Positions 27,015-35,947 of a stretch of 64,000 bases of DNA are shown in pieces. A program made the translations under genes and the position numbers. The notes under the pieces are model-generated. The model made no database searches. It was not told where the DNA came from and saw only the letters and a list, made by a program, of their open reading frames with translations. Position 1 is the first letter of the stretch. Each line of letters begins with the position of its first letter. The DNA lies in the IMG/VR virus record IMGVR_UViG_2895778652_000001, positions 28,986 to 92,985 of that record. One strand, 5' to 3'. Origin of the DNA: a virus (Duplodnaviria > Caudoviricetes).

Positions 27015-27432
27015 CCATCAGGAACGCGGCACGATCACGGGTCAGGATCTGGCCCGCCGTGCCTTCGCGGCCCGCAGGCTGCGCAAAGAGGAGCTGGCCG
27101 CAGATGCGCTGGTTCATCAACTTGGATTCGTGGCGTTTCCGGTAGCGTGCCTCGGCCAGACGAGCTGCGACATTCACGTGCCGCCCGCCCTGGCCATAAA
27201 GGTGGCGAGTCAAGCCAACAGTCTCGGCTGCGAGGTCATTTACTGGCACCGAGGCTTTGCCGAAACGCCCACCGGACGCCTGACCCTGAGCTGGCCGGAT
27301 GAACCGTACGACGGCGGCCCCCGGAACCGCCCACCCCCACCCGCCGGGCCGTTCTATGGCCAGTCCGAGGGCGGCAGAGCATTCTGGGACGCCCTACGGG
27401 ACACCTTTGGTTTGAGGAAGCGCCCCGTATAA
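27007..27432 (+). CDS. Hypothetical phage protein (paralog-like to the upstream ORF)
   Basis: GGAGG SD; similar ending (RLNVNWPE vs RLTLSWPD). Confidence 0.55.
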   Translation: MSDHQERGTITGQDLARRAFAARRLRKEELAADALVHQLGFVAFPVACLGQTSCDIHVPPALAIKVASQANSLGCEVIYWHRGFAETPTGRLTLSWPDEPYDGGPRNRPPPPAGPFYGQSEGGRAFWDALRDTFGLRKRPV

Positions 27433-27489
27433 CTTTCTGCCGGAATTGCACCGTTCGGTATAACCGTGCAAAAGCCGTTTTCCTCGGTT

Positions 27490-28458
27490 TCACCAGTCCA
27501 GATTCACAGCCCGGTCCTGCTGCCTCGCATGATTGACGTACAGCGAACTCGTCTCCACCGAGGCGTGGCGCAGGTGGTCACGCACCTCCAGCAGATCGCG
27601 TGTCTGGCGATAGACCTCGGTGCCTGCTGTGTGGCGCAGGCCGTGAACCTCGCGCCCCACATACCGCACGCCAGTCACCTTGCACAGCTCGCGCAGGCTG
27701 TCGCTGATGCCTTTTCGGGTCTCCCAATTCAGGACGCGCGGCCCGAGCTTCGGCGTCATCTCTACCCAGCGCGAGAGTGCCACGCCGCACCTCCGCGACA
27801 CCGGCACCTCCTGACGCTTCTGCCGCTTGCCGGTCACGGTCAGGTAAGGCCGCTCCGCCGTCAGGTGTAGGTCTGCCCGCATCAAACCCGCCATCTCCCC
27901 CACCCTCAGCCCACAGTGCGCACCCAGCAACACCATGACCTTCTGTTGTGGATCCGCCTGTCTCAGTAGCAACTCAATGTCCGCCTTGCTGTAGGGCTGG
28001 CGCTTCTGCCACGCCGGAACCGGATCGGGGGCGGCCCGCACGTCCGTCAGCGGGGCCGCGTCGCTCGCTCCTGACCACCGGAGCGCTGCGAAGAGCGCCC
28101 GCGCTGCCGCCAGTCGCACCCGCACGCTGCCTGGGGCCAGCCCGGAGGCTTCCAGATGGCGGGCGTACCCGTACCCGTCATTCGGACGGGGCCGCAGCAG
28201 GCTCATTCCGCCAGGGCCAGCCCAGTTCAGGAAGGCGGACAGTCCGGCGCGGTAGCTCATCAGGGTGTTCTGGCTGACCCGCGCGCCTGCACTTCCCCTG
28301 GTGACCAGAAATGCCTCGGTCAGATCCCACAGGCCCGCCTCGTCCCGCTCGGCAGCCCAGCGCAGGGCCTCTCGCCTCAGCGCGTCGGGTTCCAGCCGGG
28401 CAAGCCGTTCCGAGCGGGCGGCAAGGTCCAGTCGGGCGGCCATCAGATCAAGAGACAT
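27490..28458 (-). CDS. Tyrosine recombinase (XerC/D-like resolvase)
   Basis: GLRVGE, GKRQK, HGLRH, LRH-ASVETSSLY catalytic residues; leaderless TAAGCT-N5-ATG. Confidence 0.93.
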   Translation of the reverse strand: MSLDLMAARLDLAARSERLARLEPDALRREALRWAAERDEAGLWDLTEAFLVTRGSAGARVSQNTLMSYRAGLSAFLNWAGPGGMSLLRPRPNDGYGYARHLEASGLAPGSVRVRLAAARALFAALRWSGASDAAPLTDVRAAPDPVPAWQKRQPYSKADIELLLRQADPQQKVMVLLGAHCGLRVGEMAGLMRADLHLTAERPYLTVTGKRQKRQEVPVSRRCGVALSRWVEMTPKLGPRVLNWETRKGISDSLRELCKVTGVRYVGREVHGLRHTAGTEVYRQTRDLLEVRDHLRHASVETSSLYVNHARQQDRAVNLDW

Positions 28459-28504
28459 GACCCAGCTTAAGCCGTGGCGGATGCTGGGTCAGAAGAGTCA
28501 CAAG

Positions 28505-28532
28505 GCAGCCGATTACATCAGTTATGTAACCC
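28505..28532. other. dif/lox-like 11-6-11 recombination site
   Basis: GCAGCCGATTA-CATCAG-TTATGTAACCC, right arm resembles the XerD arm; directly upstream of the recombinase. Confidence 0.6.
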
Positions 28533-28557
28533 CAACTAACTCAACGAGGTTTTACCC

Positions 28558-29058
28558 ATGACTGAACCCACTCCACCCGACAACCGCCTCTGGTGCTGGA
28601 GCCGTCACCCCAGCGGCCCCTTCCATGGACCAGACCCCGATCAAGGCACTTCAGCACTGGACTCGCTCAGCGATCCCACCACCCCAGCCATCCCAGAGAG
28701 CGATCAGCCATGGGTATACATCGGGCGCTGTGCTCCAGGACTCGCCAGCAGCTTCCTGCCGGATCTGGACGGACTGATCGGCGACGCCCGCATCACGGCC
28801 TACGACATGCACCGGGACAGGCCGCTCAGCGCCCGCCGCCCGTCGGACTGGCTGGGCAACCTCAGTCCCGCCGAACACCAGGACCTGCTGGACCGCGTGG
28901 GCCGGGCCTTCGACGATTGGGCCTCGCAGCACCACCGGCAGCCGGAGTTCTTCCAGGTGCAGGACGTGCAGGCGCTGACCTGGGCTGAAGCAGACGCGGT
29001 GGCCCGGGACTATGCGAAAGAGCTGCTCGCGGTCATGGCCAGCGGGGCAAGCCAGTAA
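28558..29058 (+). CDS. Hypothetical phage protein
   Basis: GAGG SD; 166 aa. Confidence 0.6.
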   Translation: MTEPTPPDNRLWCWSRHPSGPFHGPDPDQGTSALDSLSDPTTPAIPESDQPWVYIGRCAPGLASSFLPDLDGLIGDARITAYDMHRDRPLSARRPSDWLGNLSPAEHQDLLDRVGRAFDDWASQHHRQPEFFQVQDVQALTWAEADAVARDYAKELLAVMASGASQ

Positions 29059-29141
29059 GGACGGCGGAGGCCAACAAGCCACCGCAATAGAAAAGGCCCC
29101 AGGGGTGAGATCCCAGGGGCCGCCTACTTGGAGGACTTTCA

Positions 29142-29951
29142 ATGCAAAGCATACAGGAACGGATCACCCAGATTAAAAGCCAGATCGAGGGCGAACGGCA
29201 GTTTGACGAGAATGGTCAGGAGTTCTGGAGCGCACGCGGCCTCGCCCCCATCCTCGGGTACCGGAACTGGGAGCAGATTCCGGGCTTGATCGAACGCGCG
29301 AGCGCAGCCGCAGAAAACGCGGGTGCAAGCGCCCAGAACCATTTTCGACCCGCCTCGAAAATGGTCGCCATCGGCTCCAAGAGCGCCCGCGATCTGCTCG
29401 ACTTCCGAATGAGCCGGTATGGCTGTTACCTCTTCGCCATGAACGGCGATCCGCGCAAGCCGGAGATCAGTTGCGCCCAGTCTTACTTCGTCGTCAAGAC
29501 CCACCAGATGGAGACGGTGGAACGCCAGGCCCTGGAGGATCAGCAGGCCCGCGCGCTTCCCGCCGCCGCCCCCACTCTACCCGCGCCTGTCGGCATGGAT
29601 TTTCTGCAACAGTTCGCCGGGAACGTGCTGGTGGCCATTCAGCAACAAGCCCACACCACCAAAGAGGAGGTCAAGGCGGAGATCCGCACTGAGATCACTC
29701 AGACGCTGGGCGAGTGGCCCATCAGTGGCAGTCAGCCCCGCGAGATTCATAGCCGCGTCGGCAAGCTCGCCAAGCTCATGGGTGGGCAACGCGCCCACTT
29801 CAGTGATGCCTGGAGGCGTCTGAAGGACCGCTATGAAGTCATCGGGTACCGGGACCTGACTGTAGGCCAGTTCGATGACGCCGTGAAGTTCCTGGATCTT
29901 CAAATCGCCTCCTATCAGACGGACGGCGGACTCTTCAGGGGTGAGTTGTGA
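29142..29951 (+). CDS. DinD/BRO-N-like antirepressor protein
   Basis: EFWSARGLAPILGY..W, SRYGCYLFAMNGDPRKPEI..AQSYF; C-terminal WRRLKDRY..YRDL domain. Confidence 0.85.
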   Translation: MQSIQERITQIKSQIEGERQFDENGQEFWSARGLAPILGYRNWEQIPGLIERASAAAENAGASAQNHFRPASKMVAIGSKSARDLLDFRMSRYGCYLFAMNGDPRKPEISCAQSYFVVKTHQMETVERQALEDQQARALPAAAPTLPAPVGMDFLQQFAGNVLVAIQQQAHTTKEEVKAEIRTEITQTLGEWPISGSQPREIHSRVGKLAKLMGGQRAHFSDAWRRLKDRYEVIGYRDLTVGQFDDAVKFLDLQIASYQTDGGLFRGEL

Positions 29952-30589
29952 ATCCGAAGGAGCGTCTGCGCCGCTTAGGCAGCTTGCTCAAAGCTGGGCG
30001 GGCACAACAGGCCCTGCCACCCTACGAGAAGCTTTACGACGTCATGGTGCGAGACATCCTCGCCAGAGCGCTGGAGTACGGTTATCCACTGGAAATCCCA
30101 GGAGAGGACTATCTGGACCTCTACCTCGGCCACTCAGAACATCTGGGGGCATACAAGATCGGGATCGGTAAGGATGCTCTGAACCGAGCCAAGTCAATCA
30201 AAAGCGTGAATGCCGCACACGGTCATGGCGACGACTTCAGATTGATCAGGTTTGTACGCGGCCCAAATCGACTGGTCAGGGCCGCCGAAAAGCGGATCAA
30301 GGTGCGCTTTGCTCACTTGGTGGTTATGGGACGCGAATGGTTCTCGGATATCGAGAGCGATTTTCTAACTGTCTGCGCTGAAGAACAGCGTCAGCTTGCT
30401 GAGGACCGACAAACCTATCTGCTGAATCACGGTCCTATGGAGGACTTGAACCGCACGCGCAGGCTCTTTGAGATTTTCGGCCCGATGGATGCGGCAGCCC
30501 GCGTGACCCATCTGGGGGCGCGAGTCAAGCAATGGGACGACGTCTTCGCCGAGATGGACGAGTGTTGCAGACAGCAGGTGTCAGCGTGA
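29948..30589 (+). CDS. T5orf172/GIY-YIG-like domain protein
   Basis: YKIGIG..NRAKSI...AEKRIK..F....GREWF. Confidence 0.7.
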   Translation: MNPKERLRRLGSLLKAGRAQQALPPYEKLYDVMVRDILARALEYGYPLEIPGEDYLDLYLGHSEHLGAYKIGIGKDALNRAKSIKSVNAAHGHGDDFRLIRFVRGPNRLVRAAEKRIKVRFAHLVVMGREWFSDIESDFLTVCAEEQRQLAEDRQTYLLNHGPMEDLNRTRRLFEIFGPMDAAARVTHLGARVKQWDDVFAEMDECCRQQVSA

Positions 30590-30951
30590 ATGCCCACCTC
30601 CCCACCCTCCTGGCCGCCGTCAGCCTGGGCCTCAGCGGACTGAACGGCGGGCCTCCCCTGCCGCCCCCACTGGACCGTCCCAATCTGCTGCGCCTGCGCG
30701 ACGTGCTGGAGACGGCCAGCATCCTCCCGGAAACGCCCCTGATCCTGACGCCCAGCGATCACGAGGCCCTGCTGGTCTGCGTGCTGACCACCGACGCCTA
30801 CCTGGACAGTGGGCGCACCATTGACGGCCCACCGGACCTCCTGCGCGCCCTGGAGGAAGAGCAGCGGCAGGGGGCACGCGAGGCCCTGATGAATGAACTG
30901 GATGTCTGGAAGACCCTGAAATGCTACGGGACCGCCCATGCCCAGCTCTGA
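30586..30951 (+). CDS. Hypothetical phage protein
   Basis: Coupled ORF. Confidence 0.5.
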   Translation: MNAHLPTLLAAVSLGLSGLNGGPPLPPPLDRPNLLRLRDVLETASILPETPLILTPSDHEALLVCVLTTDAYLDSGRTIDGPPDLLRALEEEQRQGAREALMNELDVWKTLKCYGTAHAQL

Positions 30952-31474
30952 CCCCGGCCAGCTCGCCCTGACCCTCTCCTCCCTCTTCACCGCCAGCCGT
31001 ACGGACGGACGCCAGCGGGCGCACACGCTGGGGCATGGCTTACAGCTCACCGTCGGGACAGCAGACGGCGATTTCGTGGCTTTGAGCCGCAAGGCAGGCG
31101 AGCCGGACATGCTGGAGGCCGCAGTGGTGGCCGAGAAGGCAGGCTGGATCAGCTACTCCACAGACTGGCAGGACATCGCCGGATCGCGCTACCTGGTGAT
31201 CCGCCCCGACTCGCCCACCGAAGACCCACCGGATGAAGGCGACACCGATCCACCCTCCCCCGAGATCGTCGCCCTGCTGACGGACCCACAAGCCCCCTGG
31301 CGACACCGCACCTTCACTGCCCAGGCCCATGAGGCCAGGGACGACGCGGTGCGCCGGATGTCGCGGGCGGAGCTGCACGAGGAGATGGCGTGGCTCCGCA
31401 CGAAATGGGGGCCGCAGCTCCGGGCATGGCAGCAGGGGCGGCTGCGGGAGGTCTTGGCAGGACCAGCACCGTGA
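30938..31474 (+). CDS. Hypothetical phage protein
   Basis: Coupled ORF, 178 aa. Confidence 0.55.
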   Translation: MPSSDPGQLALTLSSLFTASRTDGRQRAHTLGHGLQLTVGTADGDFVALSRKAGEPDMLEAAVVAEKAGWISYSTDWQDIAGSRYLVIRPDSPTEDPPDEGDTDPPSPEIVALLTDPQAPWRHRTFTAQAHEARDDAVRRMSRAELHEEMAWLRTKWGPQLRAWQQGRLREVLAGPAP

Positions 31475-31590
31475 ACGGCAGTGGGTTTCAGGCCACCATT
31501 GCCAGCCATTCGCGCTATGTTGTAAGCACCCCGGCGGTCACCGAGCAACAGACCAAAAGGGAAAAACCCCAGTGGGAGCCGGCCAGCTCG

Positions 31591-31612
31591 TAATCCACAG
31601 AGGTTATCCACA
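31591..31612 (+). promoter_or_regulatory. Two tandem DnaA boxes upstream of rep
   Basis: TAATCCACA (31591-99, one mismatch) and perfect TTATCCACA (31604-12). Confidence 0.7.
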
Positions 31613-31670
31613 CCGTTTTAGTTGCCGCCTTTACGCGGTGGCTTTCGCCTACCCATAGGATACGCGCCCT

Positions 31671-33200
31671 ATGGGGTTCGGTCAACCGAGACCGAATGGC
31701 CCCGAGAGAAGGGCCAGGAGCGTTAGGAGTTCCACCTTGAATTCAGCCGAGTTTTTACGCTGGGAAAGAGACAGCCGCGACACCCTCGATTTCAAAAAAG
31801 TTTACGTCGATATGACAGGCGATCTCGCCGCTGGCCTGCTGTTGAGTCAGATCGTGTACTGGCATCTCCCGAACAGGGAAGGGAACGTCAAGCTGCGCGT
31901 CCAGAAGGACGGCCACCTGTGGATCGCCAAGCAATGGACGCAGTGGTGGGCCGAGGTGCGCCTGACCGAGAAGCAGGCCATCCGTGCAGGCGAGATTCTG
32001 GCCAGCAAGGGCATCGTCATCAAACAGGTCTACAAATTCGCCGGGGACCGCACCACGCACCTGCGTCTGGACTGGGACGTGTTCCTGACTCTCTGGAACG
32101 AGACCTCAAAGAAGTCTGAGGAGGAGCGCAATGCCGAGCCGGGTACCCGGACCAAACGCCCCGATCTGACCCGTCGCCCAAAGGCTAAGGACGGAGAAGC
32201 CAAACCTCGGTCAAAGGCGAAAGCGGAAGCGGGTGAGGGGGATTTGCAAAACGCCGAAAGGGAGTTTTCCAAAACGCCGAATGGGAGTTTTGCAAAACAC
32301 CCAAAGGGGGCGACCGAAAACGCCGAAACGGGGTTACCTATAACAGAGAACACCACAAAGACTTTTCCAGAGACTTTACAGAGAGGTGGTGAATACAACG
32401 TTACTGGTAACGCACCCGCGCCCGAGGGTCCAGAGGCGCAGGTAAGCCAGATCAACAACGCACCGATCACCACCACAATCGCTTCGCGCCCAGAAGATGA
32501 AGGCGAGGCAGACAGCCCATCCGCAAGCGTGGCCGTGCTGCCGCCTGACGGCGGGGACGCTGACGCGTCCATCACAGACGACGAACTGAGCTTCCTATTT
32601 GGAGATCAGGGTCAGGCGAACGAAAAATCGGCAACGATGACTGCTCCTGAAAATGTTCCGCCCGCCGCGCCGCCTGTCGTGGTTGCGCCTGTCCCGGCCT
32701 CTGACGAGCCGCATGACCCGGAGGAAACCCGCGCCCTGCTGGTCCCAGCTCTGGGTGGCCAGAAGAAGCTCAACGACCTGATGGACGAAACCCCGCCGGG
32801 CCTGCGCTATGGGCAGCGGCGGGGCTGGATCACCCAGATCAACCCCGAGCGGGCCGTCGAGGTGATCGCCGAGGCCCGCAAGACCGCCGGTTCGGACAAC
32901 CCCTGGACGTACATCATCCGGGCGCTGGACAAGGAAGTCGGGGGTCAGATCAAGGGTGGGAAAGGTGGCACCATGACTGCCGTGACCCCGATGCCCGGGG
33001 CGTACCTGACCCCGGAGGAACAGGCCACCCGCGAAGCCGCCCTGCCTCCGGTGGCCGAGGGAGAAACCTGGTACGGCAGACGCTCTGGCAAGGCTTACCA
33101 GATTGCGGAAGTCAGCAGCCGCAGCGCCTTCGTCGAGGGCCTGGGCGAATACCAGTTCCAGAAATTCCACAGCGAATTCACCAACGAGAAGCGCGGATGA
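31671..33200 (+). CDS. Phage/plasmid replication initiator (wHTH N-terminus)
   Basis: YVDMTGDLAAGLLLSQIVYW, WIAK..WWAEVRL..LASKGIV; internal iterons followed by PITENTT. Confidence 0.85.
   Translation: MGFGQPRPNGPERRARSVRSSTLNSAEFLRWERDSRDTLDFKKVYVDMTGDLAAGLLLSQIVYWHLPNREGNVKLRVQKDGHLWIAKQWTQWWAEVRLTEKQAIRAGEILASKGIVIKQVYKFAGDRTTHLRLDWDVFLTLWNETSKKSEEERNAEPGTRTKRPDLTRRPKAKDGEAKPRSKAKAEAGEGDLQNAEREFSKTPNGSFAKHPKGATENAETGLPITENTTKTFPETLQRGGEYNVTGNAPAPEGPEAQVSQINNAPITTTIASRPEDEGEADSPSASVAVLPPDGGDADASITDDELSFLFGDQGQANEKSATMTAPENVPPAAPPVVVAPVPASDEPHDPEETRALLVPALGGQKKLNDLMDETPPGLRYGQRRGWITQINPERAVEVIAEARKTAGSDNPWTYIIRALDKEVGGQIKGGKGGTMTAVTPMPGAYLTPEEQATREAALPPVAEGETWYGRRSGKAYQIAEVSSRSAFVEGLGEYQFQKFHSEFTNEKRG
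32243..32334 (+). repeat. Four 23-bp-period iterons (core AAAACGCCGAA): probable origin
   Basis: Cores at 32248, 32271, 32294 (AAAACACCCAA) and 32317. Confidence 0.8.
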
Positions 33201-33304
33201 ACCGCCAGGAATTTGACGCCCAACTGCGGGCCTCCCCCGACGCGGCTTCCACTGACCTGCTGGTGGCTGGCCTGTTGACCCCGCCCAAAAGGAGCCTCTG
33301 GTGA
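33197..33304 (+). CDS. 35-aa small ORF coupled at both ends
   Basis: ATGA overlap with rep stop, GTGA overlap with next start. Confidence 0.45.
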   Translation: MNRQEFDAQLRASPDAASTDLLVAGLLTPPKRSLW

Positions 33305-33729
33305 CCGTCCCCACCCGCCCCAGTCCCCACCCGTACACCCGCATGCTCTCCGGCCCGGACCTGGATCACGCCTGGACGGTTACCAATGGCATGATTGCCA
33401 TCCTCGGCGAACACGAGACCCTGACCTTCCCCGTGGGGGCCACCTGGCCGGGCCTGGACGCCCTGCCGTCCGACTGGCTCGACGAACTGCGCCCCGCTGA
33501 GACTGTGTCCGTCTCGGGCAGCCTGACGCGCAAAGCACTGCCCAGCGAACTGGAGTCCGGGCTGGCGCTGGTGCATGCCCAGATGCTGCGCACCGGGTCG
33601 CTGGCGCTGCGGCTGACCCGGCTGGACCGCTTGACCTCGGGCACGCTGAACCAGTCCACCCAGGCGGCGCTGGTGGGCGCGCGGCGCGAGTCGGTCACGA
33701 AAGTCCGCACGGAGATGGGGCAGGCGTGA
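33301..33729 (+). CDS. Crp/Fnr-like HTH protein
   Basis: C-terminal QAALVGARRESVTKV Crp-type recognition helix. Confidence 0.6.
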   Translation: MTVPTRPSPHPYTRMLSGPDLDHAWTVTNGMIAILGEHETLTFPVGATWPGLDALPSDWLDELRPAETVSVSGSLTRKALPSELESGLALVHAQMLRTGSLALRLTRLDRLTSGTLNQSTQAALVGARRESVTKVRTEMGQA

Positions 33730-34670
33730 CCCTTCCCGTCCACCGCGAGATCCCGGACGGCCTGAACCACAAGACCGGTCTGAAGCGGCTGGGCCTGTCC
33801 CCCACGGGGGACGTTTTGGCCCTGTACGAGTACCGCACCCGGAAAGGGTACGAGCGCTGCAACCTGTACGCCGTGGCGGCAGCAGCCCCGATAGACCGCG
33901 CGGGCGAGGCCCAGGCCAGGAAGACCCGCAAGCTGGCCCGCGACGCCCGCCGCCTGGAACTCCAGGCCCACTTCGCCGAGGAGGTGGCCACCCTGGAAGC
34001 CGAAGCCCTGTCAGCAGCACAGGCCCATTGGCGCAAGGGGCTGAAGAAACTCCAGCGCTGGGCCGCCGCGCCGAACATGCTGATCCTCGACACGGAAACC
34101 ACTGGCCTGGCCGGGCAGATCATCGAGATCGCGGTGGTCCGGCTGGACGGCACGCCGCTGGTGAACACCCTCGTGCGCCCCACGGTGGCCATCGAGGAGG
34201 GCGCGCACCGCGTTCACGGGTTGACCGAGGCGGACCTGCGTGACGCGCCGTCATGGCCGGAGGTGCTGGCGCTGCTCAGCCCGGTCATGCAGGGCCATTG
34301 GTGCGTCGCATTCAGTGCCGACTTTGACCGGCGCGCCTGCGCCACCAGCAATGCCGCACACGGCCTGAGCAATCCCCTGACCGACGCGCAGTTCTGGCGC
34401 TGCGCCATGAACGCCTACGCCCCGATCGGCTGGCACTGGAGCGACTACCACGGCGAGTGGCGCTGGACCTCCCTTCGCAACGCCTGTCTCCAGCAGGATG
34501 TCCCTCCCGAGGCCGAGACCCACCGCGCCCTCGGCGGCGCACAGGCCCTGGCCGCGTTGATGACCCGGCTGAGCAGCGCGCCGCCTGAACTGCCCACGAC
34601 ACTGCCGGACGGCATGACCGTGACCGAGGAGGATGTGGGCTGGTCCCCGGAAGAACACCCGGACTGGTAA
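33726..34670 (+). CDS. DEDDh 3'-5' exonuclease (DnaQ-like)
   Basis: LDTETTG, VHGLT, ADFD, HRALG(G)A. Confidence 0.85.
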   Translation: MTLPVHREIPDGLNHKTGLKRLGLSPTGDVLALYEYRTRKGYERCNLYAVAAAAPIDRAGEAQARKTRKLARDARRLELQAHFAEEVATLEAEALSAAQAHWRKGLKKLQRWAAAPNMLILDTETTGLAGQIIEIAVVRLDGTPLVNTLVRPTVAIEEGAHRVHGLTEADLRDAPSWPEVLALLSPVMQGHWCVAFSADFDRRACATSNAAHGLSNPLTDAQFWRCAMNAYAPIGWHWSDYHGEWRWTSLRNACLQQDVPPEAETHRALGGAQALAALMTRLSSAPPELPTTLPDGMTVTEEDVGWSPEEHPDW

Positions 34671-34927
34671 ACGGCCATCTGGCGGAATTCTTCGTGCCCG
34701 TTACCAGGCGTTCAATCCACGGCATGGCAACCCACCAGACCGCCCCCGTCCTCCGCCTCCCCACCGCCCTGCCCGTCGGCTCCTGGGTGTTCCACGCGGG
34801 CCGTGACCGCCGCGTCCTGAGCGTGCGGTACTCGCCCAGCCGGGATGACTACCAGCACGTCCTGAGCTAGTCCGTCCCTCTCCCCCGCCCTGGCCTCCCG
34901 GCTGGGGCGCGTCCTTTGGAGGCCCAC

Positions 34928-35254
34928 ATGTTCACCCGCATCATCAACCGCTTCCGACTCCGGCGAATCCCGGCAGAGACCCGCGTGCTGCATGCCCTGC
35001 TCACCGGCCACCAGTACGCCCTCCCCCTCTCCCAGGAATACGCAGTCAACATCGGCAGCCTGTACGCTCACCTGATCCGTCTGGAACGTGCGGGCCTGAT
35101 CTGGAGCGAGTTCGAGACCGGCCCTGCGCCCCGCCGCCGCCGATACGTCCTGACCGCCGAGGGCCGCGCATGGGTGGAGCAGGATGAGAACCGCCCCCGC
35201 CTGAATGATCTGCTGGTGTCCGTACAGATCAGCACTGAGCCGCGCGGCACATGA
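34928..35254 (+). CDS. PadR-like winged-helix regulator
   Basis: GSLYAHLIRLERAGLI...RRRYVLTAEG. Confidence 0.8.
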   Translation: MFTRIINRFRLRRIPAETRVLHALLTGHQYALPLSQEYAVNIGSLYAHLIRLERAGLIWSEFETGPAPRRRRYVLTAEGRAWVEQDENRPRLNDLLVSVQISTEPRGT

Positions 35255-35643
35255 CCCTCGCCCAGCGGCTGCGCGAGCTGCGGCAGGCGCGTGGCCTGCG
35301 TCTACGGGATGTCGGAGACGTTACCGGACACACCGTGCCGTACCTGAGCGATCTCGAACGGGGCCGCACGCCGCGCGGCCTGGACAGCCTGCGCGCCCTT
35401 GCCCACGTCTACGGCCTGAGCGTCTCCGAGCTGCTCACGGGCGTGGACTGGGCCGGACAGCTCACCGGCGCGGGCCGCCCGCTGGGGCTGCAAGCCCTGC
35501 TGGATGACCCGGTGTTCGGCCCGCAGGTCACGCCCGAGTGGACCGAACTGCTGGCCCGCATTGAGTACCGGGGACGGCGTCCGCGCGGTGTCGCCGAGTA
35601 CCTGATCATCTTCCTGCACCTGCGCCGGGTGCTGGGCGTGTAA
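35251..35643 (+). CDS. ddrO: DdrO-like XRE repressor (phage-borne paralog)
   Basis: RLRELRQARGLRLRDV...VPYLSDLERGRT and C-terminal GLQALLDDP.FGPQVTPEW..LLARIEYRGRRPR..IFLHLRRVL match Deinococcus DdrO over the full length (from memory). Confidence 0.85.
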   Translation: MTLAQRLRELRQARGLRLRDVGDVTGHTVPYLSDLERGRTPRGLDSLRALAHVYGLSVSELLTGVDWAGQLTGAGRPLGLQALLDDPVFGPQVTPEWTELLARIEYRGRRPRGVAEYLIIFLHLRRVLGV

Positions 35644-35662
35644 ACCACGCAAAGGTGTCGCT

Positions 35663-35947
35663 ATGGACCACCGCCCGCCCTACCGCGATGTCCTCTCAGC
35701 CTGTGACGATGCCGAGCAGGCCCGCAGCATCGCCCTCATCACCCTGTACACCGATCTGGATCTGGAGCGCGTCCTGCGAGGCCCCCGCAAAGGCCAGGAC
35801 TTCGGAGACGCCCTGGACGCGGAGCTGCGCGGCATGGCCGAGTGTTATGGCCAGGTCTCTGTGCGCTGCTCGGTGGTCCACCCGTGGTGGAACCTGTTCC
35901 GCCCCGTGCAGCGGCTGATGCTGATTCCGCCCGACGTGACCCTGTGA
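35663..35947 (+). CDS. Hypothetical protein
   Basis: ORF coupled to the next gene. Confidence 0.45.
   Translation: MDHRPPYRDVLSACDDAEQARSIALITLYTDLDLERVLRGPRKGQDFGDALDAELRGMAECYGQVSVRCSVVHPWWNLFRPVQRLMLIPPDVTL

Noticed and set aside
27490-28458. Tyrosine recombinase as a prophage integrase marking an attachment boundary
   Set aside because: Phage genes continue on both sides, no N-terminal arm-binding domain is evident and no att duplication is visible; a resolvase role fits better.
28513-28529. 17-bp palindrome TTACAT-CAGTT-ATGTAA as an RDRM
   Set aside because: It lacks the conserved G5/C13 of RDRM and is better explained as part of the dif/lox-like site beside the recombinase.
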